From positions 200,920 to 264,919 of the forward strand of contig CAYOAN010000001.1 of the NCBI GenBank assembly GCA_964402065.1: 64,000 nt of DNA, read 5' to 3'. The stretch is from an uncultured Chthoniobacter sp. Its GTDB lineage: Bacteria; Verrucomicrobiota; Verrucomicrobiia; Chthoniobacterales; UBA6821. Position numbers and translations under genes: made by a program. Below the pieces are notes generated by a model. The model made no database searches. It worked only from the letters and a program-made list of their open reading frames with translations, and was not told the DNA's origin. Shown in pieces: positions 9,720 through 19,843 of this stretch. Each line of letters opens with the position of its first letter. The stretch's first letter is position 1.

Positions 9720-12700
9720 ATGCCTCACGACGATCTGCTCGCTAAGATTGCAACAATACCAACATTCCAACAAGTTGTTGAAGTATTAGAGCGCGGTGAT
9801 TCTTGTTGTTTCACAAATGCTACGCGTGCCTCATGGCCTTTTTTAGGAGCAGCCCTGGTTGCTAGACTTGGAGAAGATCGTGGAATTTGGTTTCTCAGTC
9901 ATGATGTGCGCTCTCAAGAAAGATTTTTTCAAGAATGGAATGAAAGAGAAGAGCTATTAAATTTTTTCCCATCGCTCAGTATGACGGCGGAAGGAATAGG
10001 GCTTCCTGATCCAGAAGTCATTTCTGAAAGACTTGCTTTCCTGGGAAAGGTAGCTGAAAAAAAATCTTTTGCTGCTAGCGTTGCCTTTTTAGCTTTATCA
10101 GACAATGTTCCAACTCCGAAAGAACTTTTAGCTGATGTGTTAAAAGTTGCAATTGGCTGGAAAGGCTCCCCTGGAAGTCTTGCTAAGCAGCTCAAGGAAG
10201 TTGGCTTTGAGCGTACTGCTCAAGTAGCTCATCGCGGTGAGTATGCCTTAAGAGGAGGTATTCTAGATCTTTTTGCATGGCAGGAGGAGAGGCCATGTCG
10301 ATTGGAATTTGATGAGGAAAAAATCATTTCGATTCGTAGTTTTGATCCTGATTCACAACTTTCATTGGAACATTTAGAAGTTTGCGAAATTCAATGGGCA
10401 GAGCCAGAGCGCGCTGGAGTGCCACTTAGCAGCTATATTAAAAAAGAGGACTTCATTGTTTTACTCGGAGATGACTTTAGTGAAGATGAAACAAAAAAAT
10501 TGCTACTGCAACTTCCAGCAACAAAACTGAGGTTTTCAGAGCAATTAATTAACGCTAACGAAAAAGAAATTTCTTGCGAGCTTGCCTCGTTACCAATTCC
10601 TTTTGCTAGCTTTGCGGCAGGAGACTTTGTGACACATGAAGCACAGCGAAGAGAGTTTTTTAAGCAACTGAGGCAATGGCAAAAAGAAGAATATCAACTT
10701 TTCTTTTTTAGTAGTGCTGAGTCGGGAGGGGAACGCTTTACTGAACTAGCCGAAAAAGAAAATATTTCTCGTGCCTCATTGCAGTTGCATTCTGCTAATA
10801 TTTCGGAAGGCTTTGTATTGCCTCAAGCAAAGCTTGTTTTCCTTTCTGAAGCTGAAATTTTTGGGCGATCGGCCCAGCAACAATGGCGCGCTTCTCATCG
10901 CAAGAGAGAAGAACAACGAGCTGCACGCTCTGCGATTGATTACACAGAATTCGAAGAAGGCGATTTTGTCGTCCACGTTGAATATGGCGTTGCTTATTAT
11001 GCTGGCATTGAGAAGATATCTGACTTAAACGGCAACTTAACGGAAGTTTTGGTGCTTGAGTTTGCGGATAAAGCAAAGCTTTTTGTTTCATTAGATCAGG
11101 CTTGGCAGATCTCTCGCTACGTTGGTATTGGGAGAGCGAGACCATCACTTTCTTCTTTAGAAAATGATCGTTGGAAAAAGGCACGAGCCACTGCTGAGAA
11201 ATCTATTTTTCTTTATGCAGGAAAACTCTTGCAACTTCAAGCAGAGCGCGAGACTGGCTCTGGGCATGCATTTAGCCCTGACACACCGTGGCAGCGTGAA
11301 CTTGAAGAGCATTTTCCATATCGTGCAACAAGAGATCAGTTGCGGGCGGTTGCGGAAATTAAGCAAGATATGGAGTCGTCCATGCCAATGGATCGACTTC
11401 TATGTGGAGACGTTGGGTTTGGTAAAACAGAAGTGGCTTTGCGTGCTGCATTCAAGGCTGTGCTCGACGGGAAACAAGTTGTTTTTTTAGCTCCCACCAC
11501 AGTGTTGGCGCAGCAACATTTTCAAACATTAAAAGAGCGGATGAGTTCTTATCCAGCAACAATTGAGTTAATGAGCCGCTATCGTACAGCTGCAGAGCAG
11601 CGTGAAGTAGCAAAGGGGCTGGCAGCTGGTTCTGTTGATATTGTTGTAGGAACACATAGATTGTTGTCTGCTGATATTGTCTTTAAAGATCTAGGCTTAG
11701 TTATTGTCGATGAAGAGCAGCGATTTGGAGTGAAGCATAAGGAAATTTTCAAAGAACGCTTTCGTCTCATCGATATGTTGACGCTTTCAGCAACACCAAT
11801 TCCGCGAACGCTCTATCTTTCATTGATGGGAGCTCGCAAAATGTCACTCCTAGAAACCCCGCCAGCCAATCGACAGGCTGTTGAGACAGTAATAGCGGCT
11901 TATGACGAACGCCTCATTCGCAAGGCCATCGAACAAGAATTAACGCGTGGCGGACAAGTCTACTTTTTACATAATCGTGTAGCAACTATTGAAACAGTAG
12001 CAACACGATTACAAGAACTAGCTCCAAAAGCTCGTATCATTGTCGGACATGGACAAATGGAAGAAAAAGATTTGGAGCAAGTTATGCAACGATTTGTGAA
12101 AGGTGATGCCGATATTCTTGTTTCAACAACAATCATTGAAAGTGGCCTTGATATTCCTAATGCAAATACCATCATCATTGATCGTGCTGATCGTTTTGGG
12201 TTAGCTGATCTTTATCAATTGCGTGGTCGTGTCGGAAGAAGTCAGCAAAAAGCTTATGCCTACTTGTTATTACCGCGTAGTATGATGATTTTTGGGGAAG
12301 CGCGACGGCGTGTTCAAGCCATCCGACAATATTCAGAACTTGGCTCTGGCTTTAAAATTGCAATGCGCGATTTGGAAATTCGTGGAGCTGGGAATCTTTT
12401 AGGAACAGCCCAGAGTGGGCATATCACGGCTATTGGTTTTGATCTTTATTGCAAAATGCTTCATCAAGCTGTGGCTCAGCTTAAGGGAGAAAAAATTAAA
12501 GAATTGCCAGCTATTCAGACCACACTCTTTTTCGATTTTGTTGTTACTTCTATTGCCGCTTGGGAAAATGCACTTAAAGAACATAGCGCAAAAGAAAAAA
12601 CAGAAAGAAAACGATTTTGCCAATCGATCATACCAGCTTTTATTCCAGAAGAATATTTGCCCGAGGTGTCACTTCGTTTAGAACTTTATCGCCAACTTGC

Positions 12701-12992
12701 TGCAGCCTCTGATCGGAAGGAGCTGAAACAATTAGAAGCTTCTTGGCGTGACCGTTTTGGGCCTCTTCCTGAACCTCTGCAGTATCTTCTTATGATGGAA
12801 ATTATTCGACGTGTTGCTGCTGAATCTGGGGTGACCAAAGTAGAAACACAAGGACCAAAACTGTTGATGACACGGCATGGAGATTTTTTACAGCTGAATC
12901 ATCGCTTCCCACGATTAACGGCAGTGACGCCAGCAGCCAAGCTAAAGGAAGTTTTGCAATTTGTAGAATCGTTGAACTATTCAGGAACCTAG
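9720..12992 (+). CDS. mfd: Transcription-repair coupling factor
   Basis: 1090 aa. CarD/TRCF RNAP-interaction region (FEEGDFVVHVEYGVAYY), SF2 motifs GDVGFGKTEVA, DEEQRFG, LSATPIPRT, QLRGRVGRS, and a C-terminal TRCF domain. Confidence 0.96.
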   Translation: MPHDDLLAKIATIPTFQQVVEVLERGDSCCFTNATRASWPFLGAALVARLGEDRGIWFLSHDVRSQERFFQEWNEREELLNFFPSLSMTAEGIGLPDPEVISERLAFLGKVAEKKSFAASVAFLALSDNVPTPKELLADVLKVAIGWKGSPGSLAKQLKEVGFERTAQVAHRGEYALRGGILDLFAWQEERPCRLEFDEEKIISIRSFDPDSQLSLEHLEVCEIQWAEPERAGVPLSSYIKKEDFIVLLGDDFSEDETKKLLLQLPATKLRFSEQLINANEKEISCELASLPIPFASFAAGDFVTHEAQRREFFKQLRQWQKEEYQLFFFSSAESGGERFTELAEKENISRASLQLHSANISEGFVLPQAKLVFLSEAEIFGRSAQQQWRASHRKREEQRAARSAIDYTEFEEGDFVVHVEYGVAYYAGIEKISDLNGNLTEVLVLEFADKAKLFVSLDQAWQISRYVGIGRARPSLSSLENDRWKKARATAEKSIFLYAGKLLQLQAERETGSGHAFSPDTPWQRELEEHFPYRATRDQLRAVAEIKQDMESSMPMDRLLCGDVGFGKTEVALRAAFKAVLDGKQVVFLAPTTVLAQQHFQTLKERMSSYPATIELMSRYRTAAEQREVAKGLAAGSVDIVVGTHRLLSADIVFKDLGLVIVDEEQRFGVKHKEIFKERFRLIDMLTLSATPIPRTLYLSLMGARKMSLLETPPANRQAVETVIAAYDERLIRKAIEQELTRGGQVYFLHNRVATIETVATRLQELAPKARIIVGHGQMEEKDLEQVMQRFVKGDADILVSTTIIESGLDIPNANTIIIDRADRFGLADLYQLRGRVGRSQQKAYAYLLLPRSMMIFGEARRRVQAIRQYSELGSGFKIAMRDLEIRGAGNLLGTAQSGHITAIGFDLYCKMLHQAVAQLKGEKIKELPAIQTTLFFDFVVTSIAAWENALKEHSAKEKTERKRFCQSIIPAFIPEEYLPEVSLRLELYRQLAAASDRKELKQLEASWRDRFGPLPEPLQYLLMMEIIRRVAAESGVTKVETQGPKLLMTRHGDFLQLNHRFPRLTAVTPAAKLKEVLQFVESLNYSGT

Positions 12993-13981
12993 TGTACATT
13001 CAACAGTCTCTGCTCATGAAACGTTGGCTCTATTTCTACCTATTTATTTTTTTGATAGCTTCTCCTTCGCTATTGCAAGCCGAAGAAATTGTTGTCAATG
13101 GTATGGCAGCCATTGTTAATAATGATGTTATTACGTTTTCGCAAGTGCGCGAATTAACAGCAGCCCAAGAAAAAGCTGTTGCTCAAATGTATCAAGGAAA
13201 ACAGTTGGAGGATAAAATTAAAGAAATCCGTCAATCTGCAATGAGGGATTTAATTGATCGATCTTTAATTCTACAGGAGTTTAAGAAAAAGGAATTTTCG
13301 ATACCGGAGTATTATGTCGATGACGCTATTCAAAAAATTATTCGTGAGGAATTTGGCGGCGATCGAATGGCTTTCCTTAAAACATTGCAGGCACAAGGAT
13401 ACTCACTCACTCGTTTTCGACAGTCACAAAAAGAGAAACTCATCGTTCAAGTCATGCGGGGATCGAAGCTTAAGGAGAACTATGTTGTTTCTCCAGTAAA
13501 GGCCCGTTCGTATTACGAAAAAAACCGTGAAGTCTATGCTACGCCTGAACAAGTAAAACTTCGTATGATTGTTCTGCATGAGAGTGACCCTAATAACCCT
13601 GATGGTTCTAAAAAAGGGATGGCGGAGGAGATTCATCAAAAATTAGCAGGAGGAGCTGAATTTGATCGGATGGCACAAATGTATTCCGAAGATTCCACTC
13701 AAGATTCTGGAGGCGATTGGGGGTGGGTAGAACGAAAAACACTTAATACGACTCTTTCTAATGCTGCTTTTTCCATGAAAGCAGGAGAAGTAAGCCCCGT
13801 AATCGAACTGGATCATTCGTATTATATTCTCATGGTAGAGGCAGTTAAAAAGGCTTCAGTGAAACCATATACAGAAGTGCAGCGTGAGATTGAACAGAAC
13901 TTAATTGAGCAAGAAAAATTAAAAGCTCAAGAGCGATGGATGCAGGGGTTAAGAGATAAAGCCTATATTAAGATTTTATAA
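12992..13981 (+). CDS. Periplasmic SurA-like chaperone / parvulin-type peptidyl-prolyl isomerase
   Basis: Signal peptide MKRWLYFYLFIFLIASPSLLQA, SurA-N-like region, parvulin domain (FDRMAQMYSEDSTQDSGGDWGWV). The GTG at 12992 overlaps the mfd stop. ATG at 13016 is the more likely start. Confidence 0.85.
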   Translation: MYIQQSLLMKRWLYFYLFIFLIASPSLLQAEEIVVNGMAAIVNNDVITFSQVRELTAAQEKAVAQMYQGKQLEDKIKEIRQSAMRDLIDRSLILQEFKKKEFSIPEYYVDDAIQKIIREEFGGDRMAFLKTLQAQGYSLTRFRQSQKEKLIVQVMRGSKLKENYVVSPVKARSYYEKNREVYATPEQVKLRMIVLHESDPNNPDGSKKGMAEEIHQKLAGGAEFDRMAQMYSEDSTQDSGGDWGWVERKTLNTTLSNAAFSMKAGEVSPVIELDHSYYILMVEAVKKASVKPYTEVQREIEQNLIEQEKLKAQERWMQGLRDKAYIKIL

Positions 13982-14006
13982 ACCTCTTTGTGGTTCACTT
14001 TTTTTT

Positions 14007-15074
14007 ATGAGTTTTACTAAACTCTTTATTCCAGGGCCTGTTGAGGTTTCTCAAAAAACCCGTGAGGCTTTTGCTAAGCCGATGATTGGGCACCGTGGAG
14101 AAGAATTTAAGAGCCTCTATGCTTCCTGTCAGCCGCGATTGCAAGAGCTGTTTGGAACGACGAGACCGGTTTTTCTTGCGACTTCTTCAGCCTGGGGTGT
14201 GATGGAAGGAACACTGAGAAATTTAGCAAAAGGTAACGTCCTCAACTGCATGAATGGAGCGTTTTCAGATAAATGGTTTGAGGTTACTCAGCGTTGTGGC
14301 TGTGAAGCAGAGAAGCTTCAAGTTGATTGGGGAGCACCAATCACAAGCGAGCTGCTTGAGAAACGCTTGCAACAAGGAAAGATCGATGTTGTAACGTTGA
14401 TTCATAATGAGACATCGACAGGTGTTCTCAGCCCATTAGGAGAACTGGCTGTTGTTATGAAAAAATTTCCCGACGTGTTGTGGGTTGTAGACACAGTTTC
14501 TTCTTTTTCAACAATGCCAATTCCCATGGACAAATTCGGCATTGATGTCATGTTGACCAGCTCTCAAAAGGCTTTGGCGCTGCCTCCTGGGTTAGCCCTC
14601 TTTTCTGTTTCAGAAAAAGCAATGGCTCGTGCAGCTACAGTCAAGGGTCGTGGTTACTATTTTGATTTTCTTGAATTTCAAAAAAATCATGAAGGAAATA
14701 TGACGCCTAGCACGCCTTCCATTGGGCATATTTATGCTCTTGCTTCCAAGCTTGATGATATTTTTGAAGAAGGAATCGTACGGCGCTACGAACGGCATGC
14801 CTATACCAATGCGCTTGTTCATGAATGGGTGGTGCAACGAGGGTTTGATTTTTTCGCGCCCGAAGGATTTCGTTCCTTAGGGTTGACTTGTATTAAAAAC
14901 AATCAAGGAATTGACGTGGTAGCTTGGATTGCACGCCTCAAAAAAAAATATCAGTGCATCATTGATGGCGGTTATGGCCCACTTCAAGGAAAAACGTTCC
15001 GTATTTCTAACATGGGGGATGAAACTGCGGAGACGGTCTCGCAATTGCTAGCTTGGTTAGATGATGTTGCTTGA
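14007..15074 (+). CDS. Class-V aminotransferase (serine-pyruvate / alanine-glyoxylate type)
   Basis: 355 aa. FIPGPVEV N-terminus, PLP-lysine context TSSQKALALPPG. Confidence 0.85.
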   Translation: MSFTKLFIPGPVEVSQKTREAFAKPMIGHRGEEFKSLYASCQPRLQELFGTTRPVFLATSSAWGVMEGTLRNLAKGNVLNCMNGAFSDKWFEVTQRCGCEAEKLQVDWGAPITSELLEKRLQQGKIDVVTLIHNETSTGVLSPLGELAVVMKKFPDVLWVVDTVSSFSTMPIPMDKFGIDVMLTSSQKALALPPGLALFSVSEKAMARAATVKGRGYYFDFLEFQKNHEGNMTPSTPSIGHIYALASKLDDIFEEGIVRRYERHAYTNALVHEWVVQRGFDFFAPEGFRSLGLTCIKNNQGIDVVAWIARLKKKYQCIIDGGYGPLQGKTFRISNMGDETAETVSQLLAWLDDVA

Positions 15075-15175
15075 TAGAGCATTTTCAAAAATTCTATAGC
15101 CGCGTGTTGTGATGTCACTCCGGGGATCGAAGCCTCGAGTATGCCCAAATGGTATAGGTTCAGGACATAGGTAAC
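15075..15175 (+). repeat. Family-1 element, short variant B (about 101 bp)
   Basis: TAGAGCATTTTCAAAAATTCTATAGCCGCG...CTCGAGTATG...AGGTTCAGGACATAGGTAAC. Starts on the base after the TGA stop (15072-15074). Its closest relative is the inverted copy at 25837-25936. Confidence 0.8.
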
Positions 15176-15292
15176 ACTTTTTAAGGCAAAAAAAGCTTAA
15201 CAAACTTAAGAGATGCCTTGGAAAAACAATACACTTGTGGACCAACAAAAAGAATTTGACTGTAACTTACACTTTTAACTTCAACTGCCACG

Positions 15293-15313
15293 AAGTAGCC
15301 TGTAGCCTGTCTC
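15293..15313 (+). promoter_or_regulatory. Tandem heptad array (AAGTAGC CTGTAGC CTGTCTC) 7 nt upstream of the ileS ATG
   Basis: Three contiguous units read directly. Confidence 0.55.
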
Positions 15314-15320
15314 CCTTCTT

Positions 15321-18071
15321 ATGAGCCGTTATCGCGATACTGTCCTTCTACCTAAAACTGATTTTCCTATGCGCGCTGGTCTTGCTACGCGAGAACCGGA
15401 ACTGCTTGCTCGTTGGGAAAAAGAAAATCTCTACTTCAAAATTCAAGAAGCTCGTGCTGGAGCTCCTCGGTATGTATTGCATGATGGCCCTCCCTTCGCC
15501 AATGGCCAAGTGCACATGGGAACGGCGCTTAACAAGGTTCTTAAGGATCTAGTTGTTAAGTCAAAAACCATGCTTGGCTTTCAAGCACCTTTTGTTCCTG
15601 GATGGGATTGTCACGGATTGCCGATTGAATTTAAAGTTGTTAAATCTTCAAAAGGGTTAACGCCACTTCAAATTCGTGAGCAGTCAGATGCCTATGCACG
15701 CAAGTTCATTGATATTCAACGAGACGATTTCAAGCGTCTTGGAGTCTTTGGAGATTGGGAACATCCCTATCTGACGCTAGATCCAGGTTATGAAGCCACC
15801 ATCATTCGTTCTTTTTCTAAATTTGTAGAAAAAGGACTGGTTTACCAAAAGAAGAAGCCAGTCTATTGGAGCACCGGAGCACAAACAGCTCTGGCAGAGG
15901 CTGAGATTGAGTACCAAGAAAAAACTTCTCCAGCAATCTACGTCGCATTTCCGCTGGTAGTAGAAAAAGAAAGTTCGCCAAAATTTTCAAGCCTTACAGA
16001 TCTCTCGGTTGTCATTTGGACCACGACGCCTTGGACACTGCCTGCCAATGTTGCCATTGCTGTTAGCCCTGAGGCTACCTACGTTATTGTTCGAACAAAG
16101 AACCAACAGGGACTTGAAAAAAATTATCTTATTGCAGAATCTCGTGTGGAGAGTTTTTGTGAAGCATGTGCTTTAGAAAAAATCTCCCTTGGAGAAAAAA
16201 TCTTAGGGCGCGATCTTGAAGGGAAAATAGCAGAGCACCCATTTTTGCCTCGTACGGCAACATTGTATGGAGCCGATTTTGTAACGATGGATTCAGGAAC
16301 GGGTCTTGTTCATATCGCCCCTGGGCATGGTGAAGATGACTATGCTCTTGGGCTGCAAAAAAACCTTCCTGTCTTATCTCCTGTGGACGATGAAGGATGC
16401 TTTACCGAAGAATGTGGAGTTCCTGAACTGATTGGTAAAAATGTTTTTGTAGGAAATCCACTTGTTATTGCGATACTCGCAGCGAGAGGACTGCTCTTGG
16501 GGCATCAGGAATATCAGCATAGTTATCCACACTGTTGGCGTTCTAAAACACCAATCCTCTTCCGTGCTGTTGAACAATTTTTTATTAATATTGCTCAGCT
16601 CCGAGATCAAATGTTAGCAGGCATCGGTAATGTCGACTGGATTCCTGCCTGGGGCAAAAGCCGTATTAGCGCTGGAGTAGAGCGCTTGGATTGGTGCATC
16701 TCTCGCCAACGCTCATGGGGTGTTCCCTTGCCAATTTTCTATGACACTGAGAAAAAACCAATTCTCGAGCCTGCATTGATTCTTCAAATCGCTGATGTTT
16801 TTGACAAAGAAGGATCCAATGCTTGGTTTGCTTGGGATGATGCAACCTGGTGCCAACGCCTTGGAAAACCTGAAGGTTCTTTACAGCGTTTTTCATTAGA
16901 TATTCTCGATGTTTGGATTGAAAGTGGCGTCAGCCATGAAGCTGTTTTGCGTCAGCGCCCTGAACTCCAATTTCCTGCTGATCTTTATTTAGAAGCAACC
17001 GATCAACATCGTGGTTGGTTTCAATCTTCCTTGATGACCTCGGTTGCCTTAAATGAAGCTGCACCTTATAAAGCCGTTTTGACACATGGTTTTGTAGTTG
17101 ATGTGGACACACGTCAAAAAATTTCTAAGTCAAATCAAGGAGCCTCTGGTTATCAAAAACCGACCGAAGCCGCCCATTTTATCAAGACCTACGGTGCTGA
17201 TATTGTGCGCCTCTGGGCAGCAAGCGTTCAGTTCACAGATGAAGTTCCTTTCTCGGAAGAAATTTTTGCGCGTGTGACCGATTCATATCGTCGTATTCGC
17301 AATACGCTACGGATTTTATTAGGAAACATTCAGGGTTATGATGCAACAGAGCCTGCCGCAGCTTTAACAAGTATCGATGCTTGGATTTTAGAACGCTTGC
17401 AGCAGCTTGTGAACACCTGTCGCAAAGGCTATGAAGAGCTTGCTTTTCAAAAAGTGACACATGCCATCAATCAGTTTTGTACTGTTGATCTGAGCAGTCA
17501 CTACGTTGATGTTACGAAGGATCGGCTTTACTGTGATGGAAAAGATTCCGAAAGACGTCGCGCTACTCAAGCAACGATGGCCCGTATTTTCGAAACTATT
17601 ACCAAGTTACTAGCACCGATCTTAGTTTTCACAACAGAAGAAGCGTGGAGTTACTATCGTCCTAACAGTTCAATCCACCTGGAACTGCTTCCAGGGGAGG
17701 ACGATCTTGATGTGGCCTTACTGCAACGGTATGACAAACTTTTAGCACTTCGAGGTCAAATTGCGCAAGCTCTTGAAAAAGCACAACGTGATGGTGTTAT
17801 TGCAAACCCATTAGAAGCTTTTGTCAAAGTAACGACAAAGGAGCCAGAAATTTTGAAGGCAGCAACAACGCCAGCAGATGTTTCAATGATTGAAGAGTTT
17901 TTTATCCTCAGCCATCTTGAAATTGAAGAAGGCGAGGAAAAAGTCACCATTGCTTTGGAGAGTGCTGAAAAATGTGAACGCTGCTGGCGCCACCGCGCGG
18001 ATGTCGGCTCACATGTGGAGCATCCAACGTTGTGCGGACGATGTGCCAATGCCGTTGAAACCAAGAGTTAG
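15321..18071 (+). CDS. ileS: Isoleucine--tRNA ligase (type 1)
   Basis: 916 aa. HIGH-type PFANGQVHMGTALNK, KMSKS-type KISKS, C-terminal zinc motif CERCWRH...CGRC. Confidence 0.97.
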   Translation: MSRYRDTVLLPKTDFPMRAGLATREPELLARWEKENLYFKIQEARAGAPRYVLHDGPPFANGQVHMGTALNKVLKDLVVKSKTMLGFQAPFVPGWDCHGLPIEFKVVKSSKGLTPLQIREQSDAYARKFIDIQRDDFKRLGVFGDWEHPYLTLDPGYEATIIRSFSKFVEKGLVYQKKKPVYWSTGAQTALAEAEIEYQEKTSPAIYVAFPLVVEKESSPKFSSLTDLSVVIWTTTPWTLPANVAIAVSPEATYVIVRTKNQQGLEKNYLIAESRVESFCEACALEKISLGEKILGRDLEGKIAEHPFLPRTATLYGADFVTMDSGTGLVHIAPGHGEDDYALGLQKNLPVLSPVDDEGCFTEECGVPELIGKNVFVGNPLVIAILAARGLLLGHQEYQHSYPHCWRSKTPILFRAVEQFFINIAQLRDQMLAGIGNVDWIPAWGKSRISAGVERLDWCISRQRSWGVPLPIFYDTEKKPILEPALILQIADVFDKEGSNAWFAWDDATWCQRLGKPEGSLQRFSLDILDVWIESGVSHEAVLRQRPELQFPADLYLEATDQHRGWFQSSLMTSVALNEAAPYKAVLTHGFVVDVDTRQKISKSNQGASGYQKPTEAAHFIKTYGADIVRLWAASVQFTDEVPFSEEIFARVTDSYRRIRNTLRILLGNIQGYDATEPAAALTSIDAWILERLQQLVNTCRKGYEELAFQKVTHAINQFCTVDLSSHYVDVTKDRLYCDGKDSERRRATQATMARIFETITKLLAPILVFTTEEAWSYYRPNSSIHLELLPGEDDLDVALLQRYDKLLALRGQIAQALEKAQRDGVIANPLEAFVKVTTKEPEILKAATTPADVSMIEEFFILSHLEIEEGEEKVTIALESAEKCERCWRHRADVGSHVEHPTLCGRCANAVETKS

Positions 18072-18090
18072 AGTTGTGCAGTAAAATTTT

Positions 18091-18118
18091 CTGTAACCTG
18101 CAACCTGCAATCTATAAG
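18091..18118 (+). promoter_or_regulatory. Tandem heptad array (CTGTAAC CTGCAAC CTGCAAT CTATAAG) 9 nt upstream of ATG 18128
   Basis: Four contiguous units. A fifth degenerate unit, CTAGTGG, follows. Confidence 0.6.
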
Positions 18119-18127
18119 CTAGTGGCC

Positions 18128-18586
18128 ATGACTGCTCCTCTCTACTTCATCCCCATTGTCTTTCTTCTTGTTGCCTGCGATCAGCTGACAAAGTTACTAG
18201 TATTGCACGCTGTTTCTGTTTATGGAGCGGTAAAAATTGTACCAGGATTTTTTTACCTCACTCACCTCTACAACACAGGAGCTGCTTTTGGAATGCTTCA
18301 TGATAGCAACCGATTTTTTATGGGCATTTCGGTCGCAGCAATAGCAATTTTATTTTGGCAGCGTCACCATTTTGTAGCGCTTTCATTGCAACTTGGATGG
18401 GTATTAATGTTGAGTGGAATTCTTGGAAACCTCTGTGATCGCTGGTTTCGAGGGCATGTTGTTGATTTTCTTGGATTCCAAATTTGGAATTATTATTGGC
18501 CGCCATTCAACATCGCTGATACGTGCATTTGTATGGCGACAGGATTTTTTCTGTTGAGTGCATTTTCTTCGCAGCGCTCAAAGTAG
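18128..18586 (+). CDS. lspA: Lipoprotein signal peptidase (signal peptidase II)
   Basis: DQLTK, NTGAAFG, VVDFLGF, FNIADTCI. The track ORF starts at TTG 18074, but the heptad array lies inside that extension, so ATG 18128 (MTAPLYFIPIV) is preferred. Confidence 0.9.
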   Translation: MTAPLYFIPIVFLLVACDQLTKLLVLHAVSVYGAVKIVPGFFYLTHLYNTGAAFGMLHDSNRFFMGISVAAIAILFWQRHHFVALSLQLGWVLMLSGILGNLCDRWFRGHVVDFLGFQIWNYYWPPFNIADTCICMATGFFLLSAFSSQRSK

Positions 18587-18628
18587 AGAAGAAAAAGTTT
18601 AATCTGAAAAAGCACAAAAACAAAACGC

Positions 18629-19057
18629 ATGAATCTTCCGCGAAGCCCTTATGACGCAATTCATGGCCTCGTCTATTTTGGGCGATTACTTGATAAAATT
18701 CGGTTGCATGCTGCAGGCAAGTTGCCTGAAGTTTATATAGCCAACCTTGGTCATGACCAAAAATTCGATGGAGCCTGTCTTCGGTTTTTAGGCGTTTCTT
18801 ATCAAGCATTGGAACAAGTTGTGGTCGCTGGAGCTTCTGATGAAGAGGCTTGGGAATGGTGTTCCAAAAACGGAAAGATGCACACCGAAGAAGAGATCAT
18901 GATTTGGAATTCCTATATTGCCAAATCCGGTTGGCGTGACCCAATGGCAGAAATATTACAACGCCGTCTCAAAGAAGGTGGCTGGGAGAGCCGAACAGAC
19001 ATTCAAACCTTATTTGATTATATTGATCTTGATGAGGGGAGAGAACAAAAGCGCTAA
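18629..19057 (+). CDS. Conserved hypothetical protein (DUF5069-like)
   Basis: 142 aa. The N-terminal PRSPYDAIHGLVYFGRLLDKIR pattern resembles DUF5069 as I recall it. Function unknown. Confidence 0.6.
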   Translation: MNLPRSPYDAIHGLVYFGRLLDKIRLHAAGKLPEVYIANLGHDQKFDGACLRFLGVSYQALEQVVVAGASDEEAWEWCSKNGKMHTEEEIMIWNSYIAKSGWRDPMAEILQRRLKEGGWESRTDIQTLFDYIDLDEGREQKR

Positions 19058-19059
19058 CA

Positions 19060-19782
19060 CTATTTCTCTTTTCTCGGAGCCACATAATAATGTTCAGGCC
19101 AATTGATCTGGCGACGTAACAACCAGAAAACACCGATAAGGTCAAGGACGCCGTGGCTAGCTCGTTTTAAAATCGTATAGTTTGATTGACCAAAGCGACG
19201 AGGGCGATGATTGACAGGAAATTGACCGAGTGTGAGGCCTGCATGCTCGAGCATCGCAATCATGTAGCATTGCATTTGATTAAAGGGCATGAGAAATCGA
19301 AGGTATTCTTTGCGAATAACTTTTAGTGTGCAGCCTGCATCGCGCACCGTATCGCCAGTAAAAAATTTGCGCACCTTATTTGCAACTTTAGAGGCAGCCT
19401 TAACTTGCCAGCTATCTTTGCGGTGTTTTCTATAACCACAGACGATATCGTAATTTTGTGATTCACGAACCAACATGGGAATATCAGCAGGATCATTTTG
19501 CCCATCGCCGTCCATCAAGACGCAAATAGGATTAGAAGCTGCTAACAAGCCAGCATAGAGAGCAGCACTTTGGCCTAAGTTTTTTGAAAAAGAAACCAAA
19601 CGAACATCACTAAATTTCCTAATCAAAGATTCTGTGTGGTCCCGACTCCCATCATTAACAGCAATAATTTCAGCATGAGGATTCGTTGAGCGTGTTTCTT
19701 CAAGAACAGCAACAACGTTATCTTTTTCGTTATAAAAAGGAATGATAATAGAAATATTGAGCGAGGCTTGATCTTCAGGCAT
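19060..19782 (-). CDS. Family 2 glycosyltransferase (polyprenol-phosphate sugar synthase-like)
   Basis: 240 aa. GT-A motifs SIIIPFYNE, VNDGSRDHT, DGDGQNDP. Confidence 0.9.
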   Translation of the reverse strand: MPEDQASLNISIIIPFYNEKDNVVAVLEETRSTNPHAEIIAVNDGSRDHTESLIRKFSDVRLVSFSKNLGQSAALYAGLLAASNPICVLMDGDGQNDPADIPMLVRESQNYDIVCGYRKHRKDSWQVKAASKVANKVRKFFTGDTVRDAGCTLKVIRKEYLRFLMPFNQMQCYMIAMLEHAGLTLGQFPVNHRPRRFGQSNYTILKRASHGVLDLIGVFWLLRRQINWPEHYYVAPRKEK

Positions 19783-19783
19783 G

Positions 19784-19818
19784 AGGATAGCGTACAGATT
19801 AGAGGCTACAGGTTACAG
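19784..19818 (-). promoter_or_regulatory. Tandem heptad array (minus strand: CTGTAAC CTGTAGC CTCTAAT CTGTACG CTATCCT) ending 1 nt before the ATG
   Basis: Five contiguous units on the gene strand. Confidence 0.6.
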
Positions 19819-19843
19819 GAAAAAATTAAGGACTGCCCCTATG

